Shown: positions 29,126 through 43,183, counted from the stretch's first letter. The stretch is DNA of 64,000 nt from Octopus sinensis (GCF_006345805.1 NC_043009.1:29822001-29886000); one strand, 5' to 3'. Program-made: numbers and translations. Notes: generated from the sequence alone by a model not told the origin.

Positions 29126-31787
29126 GTTATTCAACATCGTTCAATATTGTTGTCCTGATCGTCATTGGTGTCGTCGTTCTCACCGTAGTCCTCATAACAA
29201 TTTCATATTGTTCTAATATTTCATAGTGTTACACGTGCGAGGAATGTGTAAGGCAGAAGATTCCCCTTCCAATCTCAGTTGTCTTTCTATTATAGCCAAC
29301 TTCCATGCCAACAGTTAGATCCTAGGCATAGCCATAGATCACATCTTCTTCTTGCATATCTCAGTTAATCCTCGTGTTACTCAGTGAGAGTTTCTGTTGA
29401 TAGCCTCGTTTTAAAATTCACATTACGTCTTATTAAAATCAAGCCACAATGTTTGAATATATTTTCATTATACACTGCTCGGGTTTCACGGTCACATTTC
29501 TCACACACATCAGTGATAGTTAATCTTTTAAGAGGAAAAATAAACCATTTTTATTACTCTTTGTATTTGTTGTTTTTGTTAACCTACTGCATTTCTCAAT
29601 GTTCATATATATGATCAAAATCGTTGCTTCCTTACAAACATTTTAGTAGTACCTTGAACAATATTGTTCAATGCATCGTTTACTTATTTGGAGCAGTAAA
29701 GTGCAACTGAAGGCATATGTAGCTTCTGTTTTTAGGAGATTAAATGGTTTCATAAAGGCATCTCACACTGCATAGCATGAAACCTAACATGGGTAACAAA
29801 TTAATAGTTCCTTTAAAATGTGAATTCTAGCCTCTATACATTTATTTGATAGCATTATCATTATTAATTATCTTATCTGATTACTATGAAAGATTATTTC
29901 CTCGTCACAATGTGAGAACAATGATAGATTCATATCCACGTATAGTCCGTGCTGTTCGTCGTGTATTAAACTCCAACGGTTTGGTATCTCTTTCAAAATG
30001 TCGTTTGCTTTGACAACCAATGGGAAAGCTCCCAACATGATCGCATGAAATGATGGAAATAGCAGCCAAATATATTTTTAAAAGGTAATGAGACGTCACG
30101 CTGTCATTGAGCTGTAATATATTGTATTCCTACGTGTGTATAAAAGCACATGGCGGTCCTAAAGTGGAATGTTCTTGCTTATAAGTATGTACAATCAGAG
30201 AACTACGACAAGCCAATCCCCAATCCTGTCCTGGTCTTATCAAGATTTGAAATTTTGACCTTGTCTTTTGTATAACTACCATATCCCAGCAGTATTAGAA
30301 CCTTGCTATGATTTTAGCATATTTGTTAAGGATATTTTCATAAACTCAATTAGGCATATACTTTTATCTTCTTTTCAACCTGAAATAACAAAATCGTTGC
30401 CTAGTTTGTCGTTAAAATCTATGAAAATAAAGCGCCAATTTTATCACTCTCGAAAGAATGAGGATTAATGACATAAACAGTATCAGCTGTTAGAGGTTAA
30501 ATAACAAAACAGTGTGACACGTTACACTTGAATAGATTTGTGTTCTCGTTAATCTGATAATTATTTTATTCGATAAGACCTGGGTGAGTGAAGGATGAAG
30601 ATTAGTCAGTGTGGGGTGTATTCTACATTAATGAAATGCAGGTATGGTTTGAACCTGAAATGTAAAGGCACTGAAGTCATTTACAGCAAATAAAATTCCT
30701 CGTAGTATTCCTTCGTTCACATTGAATAATATTGAAAGAGCTTTTTCTGAAATGTTTAAGGATAAAAATGAAATGCAAAAACAATGTCAATAAAAAAGAG
30801 TTGTAATATATTTCTTTGAGAAGTTTCCTTGTTCAAATATCTGTCGTTAATTTCACAGAACAGAGATGATTTATAAATTGATTTATATCGATTTACGTTC
30901 TTAATTATTTCTTTTTTATTTTTCAGTTGTCTCCAGTATTTACAGCCAATCTTTTATCACATGCTGCAGCCTTGTAAAAGTATAACTCGTCTTAGATGAT
31001 TCCCTTAACACTTTTGAGCCATAAGACAGACGCCAGTAAAATTCATATTCAGCAAACTTAGACAAATATCAGTTTCCATATAACAGTTTCAAAGGTCAGC
31101 CAGAGAAGACAAAAATATATTGGAAAGCACGTATTAATAATTCATAGCTGTTAAACTCAGACAATAATTTCTAACTTTATTTCCAATGTTATTAATATTC
31201 GAATTACTCCACATTCTTCTTTTTCTTTAAAAGCGTCACCAGTCGGCCAAGAGGTCTGTCAACTTGAGAACATAGAAAGAAAGTGACAGGGAAACAAGTG
31301 AGTTCTGTAGATGAAGAATTGTAATTTGGTCAAGAGCCATTATAGATAAGTATAAACTCTTCCAACTTTTAATAATTACAAATACGAAATATGACAGACG
31401 ATGTGACATGAGCGTTTGAAATATTGTTACGTGATGTTGTGATAAATCGGTGAATACAAAAACGAATATCAGGCAAATTGCAATACTATGGTGCAATAAT
31501 ATGGGGGTATTCAAGCAAAGATCCTGTAAGAATTGTTACATGAATATCGTCTCATTTAATTGCAGTCTTCGAAAAGAAATATAGACTTTGGTAAAGAAAA
31601 AAATACGACGACCGAAAAATCTAACGAGGACATGATAATGCAGAACAGAATATGATTGGTTTCTCACATAATGGGAGTGTATACACGAAATGCTAAATCG
31701 CTGAAAACGATGGATATGATATATTATTCTGACCTGCACTATCAAAATTGAGGCGCTGGAGACAATGTTACATACGTACGTATCTAT

Positions 31788-32090
31788 AAATATATCACGT
31801 GATCACATAATCGACCAGATTAGCGGATGTTGCTATGCGCCGTTGATGAAAATAAGTTTTGAATGATGCCAGCCCGCTGGCTAGCGGAGAATGCCAACAT
31901 TCCCTTTGATCAGAAGGTTAGTCTGCTGCAAGATAACCCATTCACAGCTAAGTGGATTGGAGCAAGGAGAAATGAGGAGTTTTTTTTGTCTCACGAACAC
32001 AACGCGACCCTCGGTCCTGGAATTGTACCTATGATCGAGCGATCGTGATTGCAACACTGTAACCACCGAGACATAACCACTAGGCCACAT
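31788..32090 (-). mobile_element. SINE family C, reverse orientation
   Basis: The minus strand begins tggcctagtggtt (A box), then tcgcgttgtgttcgtgagacaaaa...ctcc core, with a 3' end containing cacgtgatata. Confidence 0.7.
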
Positions 32091-32177
32091 AATTTAACAC
32101 ATGTATAATTATACAGACACACACATACATATATATATATACATACATACATACATATATATGTATATATATATATT

Positions 32178-32262
<85 letters not shown>

Positions 32263-32309
32263 CCTGTCTATCCACATTCATACACACTGACAGATATATG
32301 CCATTGTGA

Positions 32310-32625
32310 TCTGCGGCGTTAATCGTGTATCCGATAATTCATTTGGTTTCTTCTTGACTACTTCTTCCCCTCAGTCCGTCTTTATGTCTCTCATGACTAA
32401 TGAGGCCGCTTCTAGCATGGAAGTGTCTATTGAAATGTTCCGTGGCGGAGGCTTTGGTTGTTGCAACCTCCATTTTTCTTTCTTGCCGTTTCTCTTCCTC
32501 TTTCCTCTCTCATTCAGCTTCAATATGATGTGTCACAGTGGAGATGGAATGATGCCGGTCGGGCCTCTCTTGAACTTCAATGCCCCAGGCTTGGAGATCG
32601 ATTCCAGTTAGTTTTAGGCTTTGCT
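32310..32625 (-). mobile_element. RTE-clade LINE 3' fragment (not in ORF track)
   Basis: My minus-strand translation is TGIDLQAWGIEVQER...IEAE*ERKEEEKRQERK...RHFHARSGLISHERHK. This matches the RTE C-terminus (charged coil followed by SRxGLxSHxRxH) and has an in-frame stop. Confidence 0.75.
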
Positions 32626-33154
32626 TCCGCTGATCCTAGTGTGTGTGTGTGTGTGTGTGGCGGGGCAGTCTAAAAGTGGGCATGGCAAGATGTATACTAT
32701 TTTTACTATGTTTTGAGAATATCACAGTCGGTTGCCTCCGTCCGAGATGAGCAATCGATAGAAGAGTTAGCTAAATTCATATATCTTCAGTTGCACTCTG
32801 CTATGCCCATAAATGATATACCACATATCAACAGGTATCGCATGTAGATCACTGTGGTAAAGAAATGTTTTTTTAAACCTGTAATTTCTTAGGGTCTTAG
32901 TGAAATTCATTTGTAAATCATAGGGAATAACATTAGTTTACTTTCTGATAGCGATACGGCAAATGGCAGACAAAACTGAAAAAAAAAACGTGTATTCAAT
33001 AAAAACACCATCAACTAATGTAATGAAAATATGTTGTCATTTCAAACGTTATTTATAAATATAGCAATATATACTATATATACAATTTGGACCACAATTT
33101 CAGTTCTTAGGACTATGACACTGTGGTATCATAAAAAGGCGAATATACATACAT

Positions 33155-33245
33155 AATACATACATACATACATACATACATACATACATACATACATACA
33201 TACATACATACATACATACATGCATACATACATACTTACATGCAT
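33155..33245. repeat. (CATA)n microsatellite
   Basis: Read directly. Confidence 0.95.
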
Positions 33246-33259
33246 ATATGATCGATCTG

Positions 33260-34220
33260 CTTAGAAATATAATTCCTGACTCCAGGCCATGATTGACAAC
33301 GATCCCTCCAAGTCAATCAGGTCCATCGATAGGGATATGGGAGTGCCCTGGTATCTTATCAGGCAGGTATTGCATAAAGACATTCGGTATTACTCATACA
33401 ATATGAGAATTGTTATCGCAAGCCATCAAGAACCAAAGGAAAGACTGCGCTACGAAGCTTTTGAAGAAACTTAAGCATCCCTTCCAACTGAACATGCCTT
33501 GGTTCCTTGGTTTTTCTCAGACTAGAAAAAATTCTGCCGTGATCAGATGGTGAATACACAGAACAACATTTAGCGTGCCGTGTCCTCAAAACAAGCACTG
33601 GGAGTAATCAATCATCCATTCAATAACGTTGTGTTTTCAGATAACACTAGTGATGGCGACGAAATGCCGCCATTCATCTTCCCACATGGCCTCGAACTCA
33701 ACACGGAGTCCTACATCAATTGCCTGGAGGAGGTAGGGCTGCCTTGGGTCAAGAGGGTGGCTGCTGGAACACCCTACGTCTGGCAACAAGAATGTGCACC
33801 ATACCACACAAGCAGGGGAACACAGTCATGGGTGTCAGACAATATCTGCAACCACATCACCCCTAACATCTGGCTACCTAACTACCAAAACTGTAACCCA
33901 CTTTATTATTATGTGTGGGTGGGGGATCGCAGTTTAGCGAGAGGACGGCAAATCTCCTTTCACCCCCAAAGATAAACTGAAGGCAAGGATTATGGCAGCA
34001 TTCACCAACTTAAACAAGAAGCCCGCCCAGAAGAGTTTCAGGAGATTCCGAAGTATTCTGGAGGCCATGGTTGAATCCAATGGTGATTTTATTGAATATA
34101 TTTACTCCATTATTTCAAGATATTTGAACGTAAATTTGGTATATATATCTGTTGAAATGGGATGTCAGTGTTATTTTCCTTTTTGCGTAATTTAGACGAC
34201 AGTTTATTCCCCACACCCTG
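33260..34220 (+). mobile_element. Decayed Tc1/mariner DNA transposon, DD37D (maT) type, 5'-truncated
   Basis: Motifs WFFSD* (33508-33525), MPPFIFPHGL, YVWQQECAPYHTS and IWLPNYQNCNPLYYYVW. There are 37 residues between the second and third catalytic positions (33790 and 33904). C-terminus is RFRSILEAMVESNGDFIE. Right end is cacaccctg followed by TA at 34221. Confidence 0.9.
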
Positions 34221-34884
34221 TATATGCATATATACATACAAACATACATACATATATATAAATATATATATTCATACACAGATACACAGAAATTTCGTTT
34301 AATATTTAATTGTCACGAATTGACATATGTATATATTCCACTACTTTCTTAGTCACTCCTCTCTGTGAAACGACATACAAAGCAACTTTTGAATTATGTC
34401 ATCTATGGCATTACATTTCCCTTCGAAATGTCTTTGTCGTCGCCATATTTTTGGTTATGTTTCCTTTCTTTTTGATATCATTACCACCATCATTGTTGTT
34501 ACAATCCTTATACGGCCCAAGAAAAATATTTTCATAGGTCATAGGGCTAATGATATCGATTTACTATTGATGTTAATTATAATACTGATATACAAGAAAG
34601 TTAAATATCTATTAGATTTTGATTTTGAAATATTAGGTAATCTGAAATTAACCTCTTAAATGTTTGGGGCAAATTTTCTTGATACGATTATAAAAACCTT
34701 GAAAAAACACAAATATTGAGAATTCTAAATGATATAAAAATTAAGTGCGTTCGGAAATACGAACAATGCAGTTAGGCGTGATGTTTCTAAAACAAAGTGG
34801 TGAAATCATGCTTCGCTCTTATTAAATCTCCTCAGCAATACACATCTTTCATGTCTATCAAATTATTATTATAGGAAGAATTAA

Positions 34885-35085
34885 TGCGGCGAACTGGCAG
34901 ACTCGTTAGCGCACCGGGGAAAATATTTAGCGGCATTTCGGTCAGAGTTCAAATGCCGCCGATGTGGTCTTTGTCTTGCATCGTATCAGGGTCAATAAAA
35001 TAAGTACCAGACAGATACTGGGGTCAATGTAGTCGACTTACCCCCTACCAAAGTTGCTGACCTTGTACTTAAATTTGAAATTATT
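34885..35085 (+). mobile_element. SINE family B (tRNA-like head, Meta-domain-like core)
   Basis: ctggcagactcgttagc...gagttcaaatgcc (B box)...gggtcaataaaataagtaccag. Similar to 35523, 38112, 49816 and 50042. Confidence 0.8.
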
Positions 35086-35522
35086 AGAGACAGAAAACCA
35101 AAAGCTTTGTTTTCTACAAATTAATTGCTTTGAATGATATCTCAGTAACTAACTCGAAGCCAATAAATGATATATGTTTTAAATATATGAGACACTAGAT
35201 TAAGCGTACGTAGGATGCAGAGTTCTCTGCTTTGGTAATTGCTCACAACTCTATTGGTATTAACATAAAATCTTCATGTAAACCATGGCAACAAATATTT
35301 TGTTAGCTTTGTAGCCGAGTATAAGTTCTCTGGTTACATATGATAGTTTCTTGATTTCAGAATAATAATAACTGATATTGTTTTAGATAGAGTTGTAAGG
35401 ATTTAGTCTACAGATATTGAATTAACACTGAGCAATCATCTGAAACAATTGTGCTTTATTAAAATAAATTAGTACAGAAAAACAATTCAGAAATCTAATT
35501 TTTGTTGAATGGTATATACAAA

Positions 35523-35755
35523 TGCGACGTGCTGGCAGAATCGTTAGCACGCCGGTCGAAATGTTTTGCGGTATTTCGTCTGCCGATACGTTCTGAGTTC
35601 AAATTCCGCCGAGGTCGACTTTGCCTTTCATCCTTTCGGGATCGATTAAATAAGTACCAGTTACACACTGGGGCCGATGTAATCGACTTAATCCGTTTGT
35701 CTATCCTTGTTTGTCCTCTATGTGTTTAGACCCTTGTGGGCAGTAAAGAAATAGG
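35523..35755 (+). mobile_element. SINE family B, near full length, alternative 3' tail
   Basis: gctggcagaatcgttagc, gagttcaaattcc, gcctttcatcctttcggggatcgattaaataagtaccag, with tail tccgtttgtc...gtaaagaaatagg. Confidence 0.85.
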
Positions 35756-38111
35756 AATATATAAATGTATGATGTCCTTCATTGTTGAGCGATACCGGGG
35801 GTATCCCACGTTATTATTCATAATATGGAAGGGTTGAATAAGATTATACAAGACTTATAGGGCACAAGTTCAAATATGCATGTTCTTGGAAATGGAACAA
35901 TTTCATTGACAATATGTAATTTTCTTCTTGTTTTCAATGTTATGAGTTAGGTGAATGTTTTGTTCAAATACATGTAGAATTGTCCCAGCAACAGATAATC
36001 AGACCCCCACCCCAGCGAAATCAAACCTTCGGTAATATTTGTGTAAATAAAATCTAAAGTTTTTCTTAATAGTAATAAAATAATTTCACTTTTCCCTTTA
36101 AGCTCACAGCCTTGTATATCTATGACTAATTTTACTTCTAAAATACACTTTATTAATATACCCAACTTATGGCTGTACCAGTTATATAGATGCAACACAT
36201 GACTCATTCGTCCATAGAAATCCAACCGTGTACATTTACGCTATTTGTGCACAAACATTACAGTTGTGTGCACACTAGAGAGGAACACGAACCACGTGCG
36301 CAAAAACGAAATTACCGACATGCACATGTCACATCTAACTATATTTTACAAATTAACTGTTTCTTATATAACCACATTCAGTGTTATGGTTAGAGACATT
36401 TCTCCAGTAAATATTAATGAAAACTATGCTGGATTTTTTTCCAACAAAAATAAATGCAAGATGGCAAGGGATTCAGAAATTCAGTGAGACTTTTTTTTCT
36501 CCTTCTTTAGAAAAGTCCGATATTTTGTTCGTGTTTTGAGTTCTTGAAGTGGAAAATAGAATGGAACTGGTGGCTGTTTCTTCGTAATATTTGTAATAAT
36601 ATTTGGCATGCAAAAGTTGATAAAAAATGGCTGACTAGTAGTAAGTTCTGAAAAATGTTTTTGGAGAGGTCTAAATACAGTTCATGTTTTGTATCTGTGA
36701 AGCATGAAATTGAATGAAACTGGTGTTTTTTTTTTCTTTCAGAGTTATAATACAAGCATACACATACCCTCGCTACACAAATAATATATACATACATATA
36801 CATGCATACATACATACATAATACATACATATATATATACACCCACATATATGTTACATATATATACGTTATGCTTGTATATATATATTATGGAGATGTC
36901 TATAAATATGTATAGTGTGTGTGCGTCTGTGTGTATAATAACGCAGAAAAGTATACCCCACAGAGTGTTGTGTCTACATTTAATATGGTTGTTTTGGCTT
37001 CAATTCTGTCTGATAAGTTTCGATGAAAATTAAAAGGAAACAATTGAGTATTCCATTGTCAGTGTGCTATCATTGATATAAGTGAAGTGCTGCAGTAGGT
37101 TAATCAAAAGAATTCTATAGAAGTAACAATCATGACAACCTGTCGAGAATGATTTTAAGTTTAATATGGGGATATGTGTACAGGGACATTGATTATGGAA
37201 ATGTCTCCAGCTTGCTGATTCTTCTTGACTAGAAATGATATTCTCCGTGCCATAGTATTGAAAAAGAAATTGGTAAACAATATTTGTTTAGTTTAATGCG
37301 AATGTCTCTTCCTGCAAGATAGTTAGAAAGTTGTAATCTGTAATGGTTTAGCTGGTATGATATTCTATGCAGTTGATTCAGAGATCGTGGGTTTTGTATT
37401 CTACTGCAATTATTTCATGGTATTTTATAAATGAAAAGATCTAAGTTTAATTTGAAACTGCAGAAACTTAAAGAGAAATATATTAAACTATGAACCATTG
37501 ATAAACAACTGCTTTAATCAAAGTGATATTCTCCCTTCTTCTTGAAACGGCCTGGCCTGAATACTGTGCTAGTCATACTTTTCCCAGAGCTATTAGCAAT
37601 ATAAAACTGCTAAGCATATATATTCATCGCATGTTGCAATATAGAGATGATACAGTGACTGGCCTTTCATCCTCATTGATATTAGTCAATTGAATAACAA
37701 TCTTAGAAATATAGGTAAAACGATCTTGCTAAAATTGAAAATTGAATATAAATTCCTAAACATGGTGACTGGTTGTTTATCAATACTCTTGTGGCATGAA
37801 TTTAAGATATTTTATTAATTTTGTTTAACTGAAAATCATTTTATCTGCAATCGATCCAGCGTTCAGTGGGGTGGGAATAGTATTAGTTTAATAGCATCAC
37901 TCTAAACCGAGATTTTATATTTAATTATATGCTATCTAATTATCTGAAAACGTATTTTTTGTTTAAAAAAGGATTTCAATGGAGACGCTATTCATGGCAT
38001 TCCTGAATTTGTTATTTGGAATTCTATTTATTATATCTGATTTCAAAGTTCATCATCTCAGGATTCGGCGAAGGACACAATTAATATGGAGATATGTGGC
38101 CAATATTACAT

Positions 38112-38315
38112 TGGCGGCGATCTGGCAGATTAGCACGCCGGACGAAATGCTTACTGGCATTTCGTCCGTCTTCACGTTCTGAGTTCAAATTTCGCTGAGA
38201 AATACTTTGGCTTTCATCCATTCTGGGTCGATAAAATAAGCACCATTCAAATACTGTTGACAATGTACTCTCCCCCTAAAATTCTGGCTTTGTGCCAAAA
38301 TTTGAAATCAATATT
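38112..38315 (+). mobile_element. SINE family B
   Basis: ggcggcgatctggcagattagcacgccggacgaaatgc...gagttcaaattt...gctttcatccattctgggtcgataaaataag. Confidence 0.8.
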
Positions 38316-38669
38316 ACATTGAGATCAAAGCTTTGACAAGAAACAGCACGTTTACCTGCTCCTGTGGGGAAAACGTAAGATTATGGAATGCGAATTTGGC
38401 TTAATGATTTAGCCATCACAGATTCTCAGATATTGTACTACTTGGACTCAACAAATGTCTTTCTGTGTAGTTAAGAAAAATTGCGACAGTAACTGCCAAT
38501 TTAACTACTGTAGCAGGTACGATTGTGCTTAAGTAAGAAACGTTAACAAGTGAAAGAGGTGAAAATGATATCATCTGCGAAAGTGTACATGGACATTTGT
38601 ATGCATGTTTGTATCTGTATAGGTTATTGCTATAAAGAAAGATAGAGATAGTGGTGTGATATGTTCAGT

Positions 38670-38970
38670 AGCTATGAAAATATTTGAAAGAATTGTGCTG
38701 AGAAACCATTTGTGTAAAGGCAAACGAACTGTAAATGCCGTGACTTATTCGGTGAAGGTGTCATGTTAGATGGTTTTTGAGAAGTTAGAAGAGACATTTT
38801 ACGCAAGAGAAAAAAGCCTTGGACCGCAAAATGAAACTTCTTGTTCTTGCTTTGCAGAAATACTTTCTACCATTTTCTAATCGTAGTTTTCCTTATATGC
38901 GGTGCCACGAAGAATTTAGTCATCTCTCGGTGTATAATGATATGCATCTCGTTTCAGGATTTTATAATGA
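38670..38970 (+). pseudogene. Possible ancient mariner transposase trace
   Basis: IVLRNHLCKGKRTVNA resembles mariner GIVLxDYLxKGxTVNA, and FSHLSVYNDMHLVSGFY resembles LPHPPYSPDLAPSDFY, in the expected order. Heavily decayed and aligned by eye only. Confidence 0.35.
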
Positions 38971-40490
38971 TATGAGTTGTATACGCTTGCAACTTAACTG
39001 TAAGCGAACCACTGGTGCCTTGCGAAGTTTATATTTCCGATGAAGGTAGTGAATGGTCATAGCATGGATGAATCAGAGGTAAAACATGCCGACCAGTTTC
39101 TCAACGTGGCAGATAACAATGGAATGGTTATTATGCAACTACGGTGTCAGTGTATTAATGTCTATAGCTATGTGTTTAATGAAAGGGTACCGTAGCGTTA
39201 ATAATCTCACAATGAGCGAATTATAAGATATTTTGTGCAGAAAATAAAACTGTAGAACCTGATTGCTTGTTTCAGATTGAATTTGCACGTGTCTATATTT
39301 GTTGAGTGAACGGTATTTGAAAAAATCATGATGTTGTAACACGAATCCAGGAAATACACCATTGTTTGTAAGGAACAAAGTTTTGATAATTTAGAATATT
39401 GGATTTGGATAAATATTTGTCAGTGGGGAACAGAATGTAAAGTATTGAGGTGGGGGTGTAAGGAAATTGTATAATCTGAAAGTTTGGATATAAACTGAGG
39501 GAGTTTAGCCTAACAAAGGAAGCTGACTAATGATGCAGCAAAAACTAGAGGAGGTATCATACAGTTATGCATAATCAGGGGTTCATAATGATGATGATAA
39601 AATCAGTGGCGGATAATAGTTGCAATGATGCTGGTATTGCGTATGTGAGAACGCTTACCTAAAACAATTACAGTGTTAGAGAACAGTAAGATCAAAGAGC
39701 TGATGATAACCATCAATTATCATTTGCATGTAATAAATGGCATTCGTATTTGTTAGGTTCCCAGTTTGAATTGGAGAGTTCTTCTTTGCTAATATTAGCT
39801 TAATAGGTGGCTGTTGTGACAAGAGGTTTACCACCCAAAATTTAGATCACCCCTCCAACCAGCTATTCCAGAAATTAATTCAAATCTGTCAAGACAGACG
39901 TGATGAAAGGATATATAGAAATAAAATATATATTTATTTTCCTTTTACTAACCATGTCATTAATATGTTCAATGTATCGTGCCATTGTTGTAATGTAAGG
40001 TATTTTACTACATCATAACAATTGGTATGGATAAAATAGTAAAACAACAATGCAATAAAGGTTTTTCCAAACATGAAGGGTGACGGCGGAGGAGTGTTAG
40101 GAAAAACAAAAGAAGAACAAAAATCCACAAACGCTGACATGAATATAAATCATAATAATCTGTCTTTAGACGTGTTTCCTACAATCATAGCGTTCACATT
40201 GTCTAAGACATCTATTATTTTGCCATAAACTGCCAATTGCCATTTGTCATCCTGAAATCATACTTTAATTCTTGTTTAGGAATAATTTACCAAAATAAAT
40301 ATCACAAACAGCTAAATAAAATTTGAAGCGAACAAATAAAAATACGATGCAGAATAGGGAATGAATATATACGTATACACATACATTTTTGCGCGCTCGC
40401 GCATGTATGTATATATATATATATATATACGTATACATGCGCGCGCACGCACAAACACACATATACATATATATATATATAATATATATA

Positions 40491-40521
<31 letters not shown>

Positions 40522-41796
40522 CATGTGTATACATATATACAAATATATATGTATACATATTCATATATAAGTATATACATATAGAAATGTACACATATGA
40601 ACACAGACACGTACACGTACAAAGACACACACACACGCACACACACACACACATGGTATGATAATTGTAAGGTGAGGAAAATTGTTTAAAATAAATTTAA
40701 AAAGAAACTATAAAGAATAAAATCTCTGGTTCATTTAGTTAAGGACTATCGACGAGAAGTGCTTAAAAATGGGGAGCATTTTCTAAATTCCTTGATAAAT
40801 ATAAATGGCAGGCTGTTGAAGATGGACAAATAAATATCAACAAAACGCAATCTAGAAAACTGGTACCGGAGTAAAATCAAATCTGATTGTAAAGCACTTG
40901 TTTGTCATATGTTGTAGAAATTGTATAATTCTTAAATCGAAACGAGTGGTAATTAATAATTTCAATTCTACGTGTGAAAAGTGAATGAAACCATCCAAAT
41001 TTACCATTTTTATATTATTTTGTAAAGTGAATTTCTTGAAAAATCTAGCAGATATATTTAGTGAGAGGTTAAAGATGTTGAATAATTTCTATAGATAATG
41101 TTTTAGGTTGTGCTAAGCCAATACAATTATCGTTTGCATCTGTTCTCAATAAGACTTCTATCGAAAGTAGCTGAAATGAAATAGAAAAGAAAAATAAATA
41201 AATAAATGAATAAAAAGTAGCGGGTCATCTTTCACGACGAGAATTGCAAAGATGTTCCATGACCCCCACCTGGTATTGAAAGTGAAGATGATAAAGAATG
41301 AGTTCGTTGAGTTGACACTTCAACGCATTTGTTAATGTGGTCGTGGCCTTTGTTGTTGTTATAGTTGTTTTTATGACAATTCTTGCATTTGTTTAACCCC
41401 GGGTCAACCCTGTCTGGTCAAATGTATTTACAGCTGTTAACACTCATCTTGCTTTTAAGAATAGAGCCCATAAAATAGGTTCACAGTGTTCTTTCTTTTA
41501 AGACAATTGTATGATTTAACGCAACTACAAAAGAGAACACATTAACTCGAGAAGTTTTCTAAACATGCATATTTCGGTTGCATTTAATTAGCTGTTGATT
41601 TTGTCCACTTGGCCCTCTTCTAAAGAAGTGATTGAAAGCCACATGCTTCACATGAATCTAGAAGCAAATCTTAGAGTTTAAGCCATACTTCAGTCCAGTC
41701 TACAATTCTCATTCTACGATCATTTGTTCATTATGCAATTTGGTAATATTGAAATTTTAGATAAAAAGAGAAGACGGAATTTATTTTTTTTTTTCA

Positions 41797-42240
41797 ATGT
41801 GTGGTAAGAAGATTGCTTCCCAAACACGTTTCCGGGTTCAGTCCCACTCTGTGGCATCAAGGCCTTGTGATTTGGTAGACCAAGGCCTAGATCTGGTAGA
41901 CGGAAACGGAGAGAAGCCCGTCGTAGATATATTATTCATCTATATATCTATATATGTGTGTGTGTGCATGTTTGTGTCGCAGTGTGTGTGTGTGTTTATA
42001 TGTGTATGTCTGTGTGTTTGTGTCTGTGTTTGTCCCCCACTACCGCTTGACAACCGGTGAAGGTGTGTTTAAGTCCCCGTAACTTAGCGGCTCGACAAAA
42101 AGAACCGATTGAATAAGTACCAGAATTGAAACAAATAAGCCCTGGGGTCGATTTGTTCGACTAAACCACTTCAAGGCGGTGCTCCAGCATGGTCACCGTC
42201 TAATGACTGAAACAGGTAAAAGATAAAAGATAAAATATAA
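41797..42240 (+). mobile_element. SINE family A, near full length
   Basis: Head gtgtggtaagaag...gggttcagtccc, internal TA/TG microsatellite, complete 3' half and (aaaga t)-type tail. Small internal duplication of caaggcct...tggtagac. Confidence 0.9.
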
Positions 42241-42410
42241 ACTTCAGAGAAATTAGAACTACTTGTCGAGTGGAAGCGGAAGTCAGGTTTTCAGGGATTA
42301 AATTAATTCATATTTTCCCGTTTAGAGTTTTGTTAAGAGCTGAAGTATGGAATAAAACTATGATCTGTGCTTTTGTCTGCATCCTCCGGTCGAGATCATT
42401 TTTGGAAATA

Positions 42411-42646
42411 CGGGGTGTTCAAAACGTCTCTCCGCAGTAAATATTTTATTGCAAAATTAATATTTATAAGATGGTATAAGACTACAAACGAATATATTTA
42501 CGCGGCTGTAAAAAAAAAAAACTTTATAAGAGGTGTTGAAGATGTCACCTTTCATTTTCAATATTCTTCTACACATGTATTGAAATACATCTTGGAGAAT
42601 CAGGATAGAAGAAAATTCGCTGCAGAGAGACTTTTTGAACACCCTA
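42411..42646. mobile_element. Tc1/mariner-type MITE, 236 bp, with TA target duplication
   Basis: Left end cggggtgttcaaaacgtctctccgcagt versus reverse complement of right end tagggtgttcaaaaagtctctctgcagc (23/28 identical). TA at 42409-42410 and 42647-42648. Confidence 0.85.
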
Positions 42647-43140
42647 TACATCTCTCAACATCGACGAGCAAAGCCTGAATAACCTGTCCGGCAATATTAT
42701 ATATCCCAGTGTTCTCATTACGAGCCTGACAGGACTGCAGTGATTTTTTAGTGGTTCATGCGATTCCTCTAAATAACTATGTTAATTCTCAACAAAATCA
42801 TTATGAGAAAATTAGGAGAATCTATAGATGTTAACACTACGTTGTAGGGAAGAATAAATACATATTTACTACGAATTGGAGAAGATATTTCTTTTGCCGA
42901 GAACAAATGCAATTATATGAGTTATGCAAGTCTGCAGATAATTTCACGTCTCTTCAGTATGAGATGATAGTCTTTTTAATGGTTCAAGCAATTTAATTTG
43001 ATGCATGAATTACTGTAGTAATAATGAGGAAATAAAAACCAGAAGGTCAGCATATCTTTACAGGTCAAATTTGTTAATGTTTTATTTCTTGATTTAATTA
43101 GCATTTAATATAATTGAAGTTATCTTATTGTACTAAATGG

Positions 43141-43141
43141 A

Positions 43142-43183
<42 letters not shown>

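Noticed and set aside
32306-32611. 101-aa plus-strand ORF
   Set aside because: It is the antisense shadow of the minus-strand RTE fragment.
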